Positions 1-16,471 of a stretch of 64,000 nt of DNA are shown here, piece by piece. How positions within the stretch are numbered: the first letter of the stretch is position 1; every line of letters starts with the position of its first letter. Under the pieces are notes generated by a model. It had not been told where the DNA came from, made no database searches, and saw nothing but the letters and a program-made list of their open reading frames with translations. This DNA is from Amoebidium appalachense (taxonomy: Eukaryota; Protista; Ichthyosporea): positions 1,364,001 through 1,428,000 of the forward strand of contig CAVNZM010000005.1 in NCBI GenBank assembly GCA_963693365.1. Reading direction: 5' to 3'. A program made the position numbers and the translations under genes.

Positions 1-57
1 CCTCCCCTCTCATGCTCTCACTCACTCACTCACTCACTCATTCTTCCCTCCCCGCCC

Positions 58-400
<343 letters not shown>

Positions 401-524
401 TTCCCCATTCCGCCCACCTCCGAGGTCAGGCACACACACACACACTCTCTCTCTCTCTCTTCACACTTTCACTCACTTCACTCCCACCCGACCCATTTAC
501 TAACCCTGTATTCTCATTATGCAG

Positions 525-647
525 GGTATTGAGGTCGGCCTACCAGCCGTCGATTCCGAAACCTTCTAGCCAGCCCCCTGCATCTATCCGGGCCCGGTGG
601 TGGCTACCTCACCTGGTTCTATCCGTTCGAATGCATATTGGCGGGTA
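525..647 (+). CDS. Possible terminal exon of a gene upstream of the window (VLRSAYQPSIPKPSSQPPASIRARWWLPHLVLSVRMHIGG*)
   Basis: Complex sequence between repeats, preceded by ttatgcag acceptor-like site, open frame to TAG. No recognisable homology. Confidence 0.25.
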
Positions 648-685
648 GTGTGTGGGTGTGTGTGTGGGGTGGGGTGTGTGTGTGT

Positions 686-728
<43 letters not shown>

Positions 729-1252
729 ACGTATTGTGCATGGTCTGTGTATGTGTGTGCAATCGGTTGAGAGGGTATGTGGTATAGTGAGTAGTTTGTG
801 CTCTTGGTGGTATAGAGTGGGGAGGAGCTTACTGTAGTTTTAATTGGCGGATTGGCGATTTTTCGCTGGTGGTTGGGAATGAGTGAGGGTAAACAGGTGC
901 TAACTTAAGTGCATGTATGACCTAAATCAGTAGACTAATTAGTATTTTGATTTGGTTCTTTATCGTAACGATTTGAATATTACGAAGGCTGCATGTGTGT
1001 TGAGAGCAATTAAGTTGACGTAAAATTGTTGGCACATATGCATTCGATTAATGATGTCATGATTACATTCTCGAATGACGTCACCATGATTGTATCTGAT
1101 GGCTATCGGACCTTTTGGATCCGACTGACATACATTTACTTAGTTAGAAAGTTCAATGTAGTAGTATTTAAAATAAAGGCGAGTATAAAACGATGTGTTT
1201 ATCGAATGTACAGAGACAAGAACCGAATACTGGGTGGGCGGGCGGGCGGGCA

Positions 1253-1285
<33 letters not shown>

Positions 1286-1806
1286 GCATGTGAAGTAAAT
1301 AAAGGTTGATCGAACAGAACTGAAAATCCATCCTAGTCTAGCAAGCGGCAGGGGGGAGTCTCAAGAGGGGTGGGGAGGGGAGGGCCGGAGGGGGGGGGAG
1401 GGGCGGAGGGGGGGGACTCTTACTAAGTACTGCGGCACATGTGTTTATGTCCTTGAAGTTGCCCCCCCTCCCCCCCCCCCCCCCCCTCTCCCCGGCCCCC
1501 CTTCCCTTCCCCCCAAACCCCGAACCCCCAACCCACCCGGCCAGCTTGGGTCCTGAAGCTCATGATACCCCTCTGCCCCTAAAGATACCTCTTGCTTTTC
1601 CCCACGGCCTACCCGTACCAAGCCCTGGGAGAGGCACATGCTCAAATATAATGTGACACATTAGTACAACTTGCCAAATTGTTGAACTCGTGATCCACCG
1701 CATTGTCACGGTGTACCGGGCAATTGGGAAAGTTCTCAGAGTGAGTGAGCACGATGTCGGTTTCATATGTACTACACGTGCAATCTGCACTTTCGAGCTC
1801 ACATAT

Positions 1807-2399
1807 GGGCACAAACACAAATAACTCCCGCAAAAGTGTGCGTGTGACTTTGGACTGCCACTTACTCATTAGACATGTACATAATCACAAAATAATTACA
1901 CAAATGGAAAAAGATACCACACGACACTTGACCCGATGAAACCAGACACCTTGAAAAACTAAGCCTTATGTCTCGTTTTATATATATGATGACCGCCTAC
2001 ATCATATTGCCAAATATGGCACTTGCAAATGTGTAACACCTAAATACACATTACCTTCCTGTAGAATTGGTCTTTCTTTAGCTGGCGGTATTATTGGCCA
2101 CTTACCACGCTTTTACTGTACACCTGCCATACAGTGGAGGTCTACTAAGTATAAGATGGCATCGTTTGCATGCCCAAACAGCACACACACACCAGTTTAA
2201 ACGGTCATGTATTGCCAAATGTAGTTTGATAGCTCCACATAATACCGCAGCACGCATACGACGCATTCACAACAGACACCCAGAAAGATAGCCTACCTGA
2301 AATTTGCAACATCCTTGATTTTATACTAAACACAGATAACTAGGACCTGTTTATTAGATGTATTGATTGGCTTGAGAAACACGTCATTACAAAACTCTA

Positions 2400-2449
<50 letters not shown>

Positions 2450-2483
2450 CAGCTGATACCGAGTACATATCCCAGGGGAGCCC

Positions 2484-2520
<37 letters not shown>

Positions 2521-2671
2521 TTTATGGTGCTTCGTAGAGTAAGAAAACCCTGATATATATCGTCCCGACATCTATGTACTTGATCATGATATATCGCTGA
2601 GGGGATATTCCGAGCAAACCCCCATACCTGAGACTGGTCTCTCTTTGCCTCGAGTACAGAGCGTAAATCCC
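1807..2671 (+). mobile_element. 5'-truncated, degenerate copy of the LINE at 12906-17815 (ORF2 C-terminus + 3' UTR)
   Basis: Matches the reverse complement of ~12906-13878, with substitutions and frameshifts. Flanked by a perfect 10-bp direct repeat GCTCACATAT (1797-1806 and 2672-2681). Ends ...gagcgtaaatccc. Confidence 0.92.
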
Positions 2672-4433
2672 GCTCACATATACTATTGTGCACCGGCAAT
2701 ATACCTATGTGTGCAAGAACAAGACATATCTGCTAGCGGTGTACCATGAACACACAAGGTCATGCCAGGCACATCAATCATTGACATGCCCACAACCACC
2801 ACATGCACACGCGGGCCCCATCGCATAGAAACACACTGTGGGTACATATATGCACACCACCACACCAACATGCCTAGCTAAAATGTTACAGGGCACCTTC
2901 AATGAAATTCATAGTCAAACGGGATTCGATCGGTGCACCTAGGCCCAGCCTGGCCCGTATCTCAAACCGCTAGGACTTACGGCGTAACTAGAGGAGGCTG
3001 CTTGACCCACCACAATAACACACCCGGTGAAATGCCGCACTAGTGTGCCGGCCCCCACACATTACAAATGCCAATTTTGGCAAGAAATGTCCCCATCGGC
3101 ATATGTTTATTGCATTGCCTTGAGAGGGTCTGTAATATCATCACACTGTGTGTTCGAAGAATTAGAATTCCCATTACGGAGAAATTACGAGGCTGTACAA
3201 TTTAATTGCGAGAACTGATCCGCAAAAGAAATACTACATGTATACAGTAATGAATATGTCCAGAAAGGTCTCACAGTGGGTGTCAATCTGACTAAATCAA
3301 CTCAATTTGTCCAAGAACTTAAACTTTCAAAGCTTATTGTGATTGGCTGTCAATAAACATCACCATCTCACCGGTGCCGTGTGCATGGTCCATTAATAGA
3401 CCGTAATACAACATCATTTTGGGCCGTCATGTCAAAAATAATTCACACAATAGCAATGAAAAGAACAAAAGGCGAAAAAAAAAGAAAAAAGATACAAGTA
3501 CAGTAGTTTTACACGATGCGTAATGCATAACACACCCTCTCACATGCTTGTATGGTTGCGACCATTAAGCCGAAATTATTATCATTATAATTTAACAGGA
3601 TATGCAGTATACACGGGCAAATTTATTTGTCGTGTATCAAACTGCACTGGAAGCCCTCTCCTCCCCCTCATCGTTCTTCAAAATCACTTCAGTAGTGCGG
3701 TACCCCCCACTATACATACATTCGATATCGCCCGGCCCACACACCCCCACCGTGTTAATGCTTGCAGTGGTTGTGCTCGAGCTGCCCGATTCCTTTGGAT
3801 TCTTGGGTTGGTGAGGTAGGCACGGGGACGCGTGGGATGTGTGTGTGGTGGAATCTTCTAGAACGATCATGTGCACGTGCGCCTGGGCTCTGCTCTTTTG
3901 CCGCTGGTCTGAAGCTCCCGGAAGCATTGGTTTATGGGTCTGGGGTGTGGCAGATTGTTAAATGGGACTTCACAGATCCTGACACATTTTCTACCGTTAC
4001 ACCCCCTCCCTCCCCCCCCCCCCTCCCCCCCCAACCCTCCCCTTCTCTCTCTCTCCCACACACACACTCTCTCTCCCTCTCTCTCTCTCCCCCTCTCTCT
4101 CTCCCTCTCTCTCTCCCTCCCCCCCTCTCCCCCCCCCCCCACACGCCTCCTAGCGCCGTCCTCTTCCCCTACAGTACTCCCTCCCAAATAAGAAATTCGC
4201 TTACAATATAAAGAAAAGTTGCACATACGCACACAAGCCAACACACGCATGCAAGGACATGTGTGTTGTTAAGTGCTCGCATCCGTCTTTGCCAGATACC
4301 CATGCACACAGATGCGCAAGCACAGATATGAACATATCTCGACGAGGCATACCCACGGAGGTGAGACACATTCAGTGTATTCTTTTGATGGGAAAAGTAG
4401 TAGGGATTGGGAATCAGGAAATGCAGGTGTGTA

Positions 4434-4466
<33 letters not shown>

Positions 4467-4514
4467 GTGTGTGTGTGTATGTGTGTGTGTGGCAGACTTA
4501 CTGTATGTGTGTGT

Positions 4515-4550
<36 letters not shown>

Positions 4551-4578
4551 AGGGGGGGGGGGGAGGGGGGAGACATAC

Positions 4579-9587
<5,009 letters not shown>

Positions 9588-11888
9588 TTTCGAAGTATCG
9601 TGGCCAGTCGAAAGGTAGTAACTGTACTACATTGGTGGCAAGGGAGACTACCGTTGAATAGAGTGAGAATAATGTTGCATACCTCGCAGTGTTGAAAAAA
9701 AAAAAGGTTGGTGCATTAATAGTAGCCTTTATCTCTCGGCCCAGTCTATCTCTAGGCGACCATGTGTGTGCGAGTATTTTCTCAGTATAGTTATTATTCA
9801 AACGCATGTTATGTGTGAGTGGCCTCTTGTACTGTGTACACTTGTGCGCGCGGGTGCTGAGTGGTAGAAGGTATATTCACATGTGAAACGAGTATTATCA
9901 TGGGCAGAGCAGTCGTTAGCCATATGCACGTGTGGGCACGTCGTTTGCGTCACATGTGCAGCGAAGACGTTGCATCTATCAGAGCTGACAGTTGTTTAAG
10001 TTCAGTGGGAGAGATGTAGTATGGTCATTCAGGCATGCATGGGTTTCATGATACATATACATGAGCCTGACGCTATGTATTCACAATCTTTTTTAGATTA
10101 AGACGACTTTGAATGCCGAGGAAGTGTGTGTGTATCCCCCTAATAATAGCACTTGACAGCACTACCGTCTCTTCTACAATGGTATCAACATATGTCATCC
10201 ATGCATATGGCTGGGTTTTGGTTCAGCATGCGCAGTCATTCAGTCTGGCGTTCTCCAAAAACAAGTCATCGAGTTGAGTTGAAGACAAAGTAAGACTTGT
10301 GTGTGTGGCCTACAAATGGATATCCTTTCCAAAACCCTGCTATGTTGTGGTTTATATAATATAACATGAGCAATATGATATCTCTAGTATGGTTAGCCGG
10401 AGTGTTATCAACTGCTCTCAGAGTCCATCGAGTTCAGTGGCTCAGCGTTGATCATGACGTCTGCCTGGCTGCCAACTTCAAGTGCACGGCATGCACGGCA
10501 TTTCCAGAGGGGCATACCATGTTACCCCTTGATCACAGGGTGAGCCTCCGAGTCAAGGGACTTTTCTCTGGTATAAAGTACTTTTAAGTTTAGCCTTACC
10601 TTCCATTATTTCCTATTTAGCTGCAATTAATATAAAAATATGTTTAAATTATATGAGGTAAACTTAACTTAATGATAAGCCAGACTCCAGTCTCTACTTT
10701 CCAGGGGCAATCCTGAGATATGTAGAAATGCCGAGCCCGGATGGGTGTTTAGGGTGTGTGCGAACGAGCGAATGAGCTCAGCCCACTTTATCCATTCTGC
10801 TCGAAAAGTATGTGTATACCTAGGATTGCATGAACGTTGATACTGATGTACACTTGAGGCCTGGGGCTCCTATCATCCTATGGTTAGCATGATTACGTGA
10901 TGATGGTTATAAAAGCTTGTCGCACCATAGTAATTGTACTTTTAGCAAATTGGAGTTCTACTTAGCTACATGATGCTGATTAGGAGCCAAATTCACCGAT
11001 TCAGTATGGTTTTTTCCTGGAATCTCAGGAATGTGGGAATGTACATTGTGTTTGTGTCTGGGGGGCCGGCGAAGGCGGGTTTTATCTGAGTATCGATACC
11101 GTTTTTCTTTTGACTCGGTCTTATTGATCCGTTGATGAGGCCAACGTGCAGCCACAGGCTACATAACCACCAATAGAACTGAAAAAGCCAAAGCTACGAA
11201 ATAAAAATAAAGCTACAAGTGACAAAGGACACCAGCGGGCAAAACCTTAAGTGTACGTGTATGCGTGAAACTAGTTTGCTCCAACTAGTCATATGCATCG
11301 ATGTTGACCAGACCACACTCCGCAAGAAGACATCATTACATACTGCTGCTTCCCAACAGGCCCCCCTCAAAACCTACCGAGGCACAGCAAGCAAGTCAGC
11401 CTCGACTAAAAGAGCAATGCAGAACAAATCTGAGCTAAAAAACAATCCCAACGGGCCCGGCCCCTAGATAACCCGGAGATACTGCATCTAGCTCTCTGAT
11501 AAGGTGGCCTAGTTGTGGCAGGACACACAGAAAACACAATTACAGAATGCATGCAAGCAAACCCGGTCATTGCCATATGACTGGAGGCTAAGGGCTGGCA
11601 GTCACTTGGAAAGCTCCCCGACGACCAAATTGCCGCCCCTCCACTCACGCAGCGCAGAAGTAGCTGAAGAAGTTGCAGCAGCCCACCGCCAATAGGTCGC
11701 GTAGAAGCGTAGACAGCGTGTAGAAGTTACCATAGGTTGCAGTGGACCACCAGGCGTTGAAGAAACCACTTCTCAAGCGAGAAACTCCGCGAAAGGGAGA
11801 TGCCCCACACTCTCACAGCAGTAGGAATACAGCAGGCCACGCCACACACACGCTGCAGTCACGTTCCCCTGAGTGGGACGCCCTCCCA

Positions 11889-12090
11889 CCACATAAAGAA
11901 GAAACGAAAGCCTTTATATACCTGCCATGGTGAAGAATCGGGAAAAGAAGTTTACGTGACAGCTAAGAGATCGAAGGGAAAGTGAAGTCCACATAAAGAA
12001 GAAACGAAAGCCTTTATATACCTGCCATGGTGAAGAATCGGGAAAAAAAAGTTGACGTGACAGCTAAGAGATCGAAAGTGAAAATGAAGT
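11889..12090. repeat. ~100-bp tandem duplication
   Basis: ccacataaagaagaaacgaaagcc...gatcgaa..gaagt occurs at 11889 and 11989, nearly identical. Confidence 0.92.
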
Positions 12091-12225
12091 CCCAAGGGAA
12101 GTGATTGTGAAGGAACTGTAACTAATTAAAAGTTGTTTTTAAACAAGGGGCATATGTAACACTCTGAAAATGTATCACAACACTCGAGATATCAGTGCAT
12201 ATGGTGCAAAAAATTATTTGTCGGA

Positions 12226-12446
12226 TTGTTACTGGATAACTCGTGAACAGTGTTCAGGTATCTCAGTATGCACTTGTTACTGGATAACTCGTGAAGTTTT
12301 TATTGTCTTCTCCGTATGCCGTGCATACTTGCATATCTTTCCGTTGAATAAATCCAGTCAAAAGAAAAAAAGTTTTTATTGTCTTCTCAGTATGCCGTGC
12401 ATACTTGCATATCTTTCCGTCGAATAAATCCAGTCAAAAGAAAAAA
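12226..12446. repeat. Adjacent 22-bp and ~76-bp direct duplications
   Basis: ttgttactggataactcgtgaa at 12226 and 12274. gtttttattgtcttctc.gtatgccgtgc...gtcaaaagaaaaaa at ~12295 and ~12371. Confidence 0.9.
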
Positions 12447-13101
12447 GATTATTTGTCCAAAACACTTTTTTTGGGGGGCCGGGCCGCAACATCATCAGCT
12501 CACCTGAGTTTTGGGGGACGGCTATCGAACTGATCACCGTGTGGGCGGCTCTGGCGCCATTTCAACCTTGATGGTATCATGATTCATGAGAGCGAGCTCA
12601 GCCTACTAGTCTACTCAGCCTGTGAGTCTGTGACTCAACGTCTTGTTACAGGGAGTCTGTGTAATAGCCCCAGTCTACAACATCAAAATAAAGTATTATG
12701 ATCCTTCTGCGCTGCACTTTTTGTACTTGCCGCTGCCATTCCGCGAGCCTCACCATGCCTCAAACTCAAAGCCACGAAAATGGGCCAGCGGCTGGCAGCC
12801 CCTGGCCTCGCAATTGGCAACCCTGTGTGACTCTTTCGAGGTTGGAATGATGTCATCCCCAGCCAGCCAGCTGGCCGAATCACTCCCCGTCACGGATGTG
12901 CAAGTGGGGTTTACGCTGTTTACTCGAGGCAAAGAGAACCAGTCTCAGGTATGGGGGGGGGGGGGTTTGCTCGGAATATCCCCTCAGCGGTATATCATGA
13001 TCACGTACATAGATGTCGGGTGGTGACTATATATCAGGGTTTACTTTCTCTGCGAGACACCATAAAGACTACAAGGAGAAATCAATTAGTTGGGGTTCCC
13101 C

Positions 13102-13167
<66 letters not shown>

Positions 13168-13199
13168 GGGCTCCCCTCGGGACACTCGGTATCAGCTGG

Positions 13200-13256
<57 letters not shown>

Positions 13257-13276
13257 TGTGTGTGTGTGCGCGTGCG

Positions 13277-16200
13277 CTATAATTTTGTAGTGATGTGTTT
13301 CTCAAGCCAATCAATACATCTAATAAACAGGTCGTAGTTACGCGTGTTTAGTATAAAATCAAGGATGTTGTAATTTACAGGTAGGCTATCTTTCTGGGTG
13401 TCTGTTGTGAATGTGACGTGTGTGTGTTGCGGTATTATGTGGTCTATCAAACTACATTTGGCGATACATGACCGGTTAAACTGGTGTGTGTGTGTGTTGT
13501 TTGGGCATGCAAATGATGCCACCTTATACTTATTAGATCTCCACTGTATAGCACGTGTACAGTAAAAGCGTGGTAATTGATCAATAATACCATCAGCTAG
13601 AGAAAGACCAGTTCTACAGGAAGGTAATATGTATTTAGGTGTTATACACTTGCGAGTGCCATATTTGGCAATATGGTTGAGGCGGTCAGTATATATAAAA
13701 CGAGACATAAGGCTTAGTTTTTCAAGGTGTATGCTTTCATCGGGTCTAGTGTCGTGTGGTATCTTTTTCCATTTGTTATATTGCGTGATTATCTTGTGAT
13801 TGTGTACATGTTTAATAAGTAAGTGGCAGTCCAAAGTCACACACACACTATTGCGGGGTTTATTTGTATTTGTGCCCAGGGGAGAAGGGGAGAGAGAGGG
13901 GAGGAAAGAGGGGAGAGGTGAGGAGGGGACAGGTCGGATAGAGAAGAGAGGGTGGGAGGGCAAATACTTCTTTAAGCGGCTTATGTGCTTATTGAATTTC
14001 AGCGCGAGATAGGATACTCTAGCAGCTATTGGGACCAGACCATATATCGAGAGCGTTACAGGCCCAGGTTTACAACAGTTGTTAGATAGAAAGGAGGCAA
14101 CTTCTGCTTCAAGGAAATTTGCCAAGGGTTTAAGCGCTCTAGTTCTCTCTTTCTTGATCCAAGCGGCGAGAAGGGGTAAACCATATTCACATGCCGGGAA
14201 GACAAAAGTGCGAATAAATGTAAGTCTAATAGAAGGATGGAGGGGTGTGTCTTTAAAAATATTAGCCGAGAAGAAAGCTAACCGCTTACGAGCCAACTCT
14301 ACCCTCTTTTCGACCATATGGGGAAACATAACACCAACAGAATCAACCGGAACACCAAGATATTTGTATTCTGGAACTATAGGTACAGGTTTAGATGATA
14401 ATGTAAATGTGTGTAAATTGTTAGCTATATCAGGTACAAGAACACCACATTTGTCTATGTTAAGGATCATAAGGTTTGCCTTGCACCACTCTGACACTAC
14501 ATCGAACAATCTTTGCAGGCGTCTAGGGGTACGGGCAAGGAGGGACAGATCATCAGCATAGAGAAGTGCAGGCGGAAAGTTATTAATAGGGTCATCGTTT
14601 TCGGCGTAAATCTTGACAGCCAAATCATCTATAAATAGGTTAAACAAAAAGGGGCTAAGCAATGAACCCTGCAAGAGACCTCTAGTACGAGCAAAACCAT
14701 ATGAAAGATGCCCATTAACCACAGCTCTACCATAGGTTTGAGACAAGAGTGCTTCTAACAGAACACCAATGCAGTGTGGTACACCCCGTGCAGCAAGCTT
14801 TTCCCATAGGAGACCAGGGGAGACAGAATCGTAAGCAGTTTTCCAATCAATAAAGCCAACATATTGTGCACCAACTTGCATAGAATCGTGCAGTGCCATT
14901 ATTTGAACATAACATGAATTGTTTTTACGAAAAGCGGATTGGCATGGGTGTATGTGAAGAATAGATTGAAACCTAGGGTGATGTGCAAATAACCTAAGTA
15001 AGCAAGCTTCAAAGAATCTACGAACAACCTGGGTTAGTGTAATGGGGCGAAAGGATGATATGGGGCCCTCAGAGTCCTTCTTAACTATGGGGATCACTAA
15101 GGTATCTAACCAAGATGACGGGACATGTCCACATTTAACACACCAAGAAAAGAGAGAGCTTAACATGATAGTAAGATCAGGTTTAATAGCACGATCACTT
15201 TCCTTTTGTGGGTAGGAGGGAACAAGGATTTTAAGAAACCCAGCAGGGAGTCCATCAGGTCCACAAGACTTACTAGAGCTATAACTAGATATCACAGACC
15301 ATATGGCATCGGGACTGAAAAAGGGGAGGATCGATTCTATGGGGATAGATGGGTCTACAGGCCACACAATAGGTTTCTGAGCGGGGGTCCTATCTTTAAA
15401 CAGTTCCGAGAAATACTTATCAGAGTCTATGAGGGGGTCTCCAGTGGTATCACCAATAATACGAGCAGGGGGGCCAAATCGATTCATACTAGCAAGCCGG
15501 CGCAAGCTTTCCTTTTGAGACAGGGGTTCACCTAGTCTAGCGGGAGTGGTGTTTGGTAACAAGAGAGCATCGGGATATTCCTTCCTACCACCGCCAGCAT
15601 AATCACCGAGATCTATCAAATCATCAACAATAAAGTTAGTGCATGTATCTAGTACGAGATGTGAATCTGGCCTGGCTTGTGCAGATTCTAATAGGCGCAT
15701 ATATATAGGGTGTTTCGTAGCATAGCATACACATACATCAACTCTACCCCACTGTGACTTAAGCTGGGATAGACGGAGGCGAAAGGTGGGAGGGGGAGGG
15801 GGGAGCAGATCAAGGGAGATCTTAGGTAGGAAAAGGATAGGAGAGTGGTCAGATGACCTAGAGAGGTTAGGAGGGAGAGAGAGTTTTGACATGGTTGATG
15901 GCCAAAAGGCCACTCCCCAGTCGGTGTTGTGGGCATGGGATATTTGAGGGAACCGCAAAGTGTGACTTTGGACATACCTTGCTAAAGGGATAGCACGCTC
16001 CGGGGGCTTAGATGGGTACCCGACACTCACTTGCAGTGTGTCTGTGTGGTGGAGTCGCGTGTTAAAATCACCTAAAATAACAGTGGACATTGGTAACTGT
16101 GACAACTCGTGAGTCAATTCGACAACCGACATAGATGGTGGGTAATATACAAAAGTAAAAACATTAGAAAGAAACTCTATAGAAACCGAGAATTCCGTTT

Positions 16201-16471
16201 TTGCTACCGGTTTGCACTTCACTCTCACGTGTGGTGCGGCAAGTACAATAATGCCTCGGTTTTTCGCGTAACCGGGGTGTGTGGATGTGTCGACCAATGT
16301 AGAGTTGAATTTGTGGTGGTTTTTAAACTGTGTTTCGCAAATCACTGTAAACGTGTGGTTGTTTGTCTGTTGTTGTATGTAGCTGATTTTATCGTCGAGT
16401 GTCCCGGGGGGGAGGCCCTTTTGGGGGCCCAGTGTCCGAGCATTCCAGAAGAAGAAGGATAAATTAGGCAT
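13277..16471 (-). CDS. LINE ORF2: AP-endonuclease + reverse transcriptase + C-terminal Cys/His motif (1064 aa)
   Basis: EN motifs WNARTL, ICETQ, VYYPP, ILGDFN, SDHSPI. RT motifs QSAFR, FIDWKTAYDSV, GLLQGSLLSPFLFNLFIDDL, LYADD, YKYLGV. C-terminal CPNNTHTHQFNRSCIAKC. Confidence 0.97.
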   Translation of the reverse strand: MPNLSFFFWNARTLGPQKGLPPGTLDDKISYIQQQTNNHTFTVICETQFKNHHKFNSTLVDTSTHPGYAKNRGIIVLAAPHVRVKCKPVAKTEFSVSIEFLSNVFTFVYYPPSMSVVELTHELSQLPMSTVILGDFNTRLHHTDTLQVSVGYPSKPPERAIPLARYVQSHTLRFPQISHAHNTDWGVAFWPSTMSKLSLPPNLSRSSDHSPILFLPKISLDLLPPPPPTFRLRLSQLKSQWGRVDVCVCYATKHPIYMRLLESAQARPDSHLVLDTCTNFIVDDLIDLGDYAGGGRKEYPDALLLPNTTPARLGEPLSQKESLRRLASMNRFGPPARIIGDTTGDPLIDSDKYFSELFKDRTPAQKPIVWPVDPSIPIESILPFFSPDAIWSVISSYSSSKSCGPDGLPAGFLKILVPSYPQKESDRAIKPDLTIMLSSLFSWCVKCGHVPSSWLDTLVIPIVKKDSEGPISSFRPITLTQVVRRFFEACLLRLFAHHPRFQSILHIHPCQSAFRKNNSCYVQIMALHDSMQVGAQYVGFIDWKTAYDSVSPGLLWEKLAARGVPHCIGVLLEALLSQTYGRAVVNGHLSYGFARTRGLLQGSLLSPFLFNLFIDDLAVKIYAENDDPINNFPPALLYADDLSLLARTPRRLQRLFDVVSEWCKANLMILNIDKCGVLVPDIANNLHTFTLSSKPVPIVPEYKYLGVPVDSVGVMFPHMVEKRVELARKRLAFFSANIFKDTPLHPSIRLTFIRTFVFPACEYGLPLLAAWIKKERTRALKPLANFLEAEVASFLSNNCCKPGPVTLSIYGLVPIAARVSYLALKFNKHISRLKKYLPSHPLFSIRPVPSSPLPSFLPSLSPSPLGTNTNKPRNSVCVTLDCHLLIKHVHNHKIITQYNKWKKIPHDTRPDESIHLEKLSLMSRFIYTDRLNHIAKYGTRKCITPKYILPSCRTGLSLADGIIDQLPRFYCTRAIQWRSNKYKVASFACPNNTHTHQFNRSCIAKCSLIDHIIPQHTHVTFTTDTQKDSLPVNYNILDFILNTRNYDLFIRCIDWLEKHITTKL

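Noticed and set aside
1365-1520. Inverted repeat of G-rich and C-rich arms
   Set aside because: Low-complexity arms make the apparent complementarity uninformative.
12896-12905. Sequence-specific LINE target (both TSDs contain CACAT on the element strand)
   Set aside because: Only two sites, the offsets differ, and CACAT is very common in this CA-rich genome.
12930-12992. Hammerhead ribozyme in the LINE 3' UTR (CTGAGG-GGATATTCC-GAGC)
   Set aside because: The core deviates from CUGANGA/GAAA at essential positions. Kept only as a generic structured-RNA candidate.
12906-13045. TAAACCC words as telomeric repeats
   Set aside because: Only two isolated occurrences, not in tandem.
13103-13163. 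A-run as the true LINE tail, with the downstream 190 bp being a shared target sequence
   Set aside because: The TSDs lie after the 190-bp block in two copies and the 5' flanks are unrelated, so the block belongs to the element.
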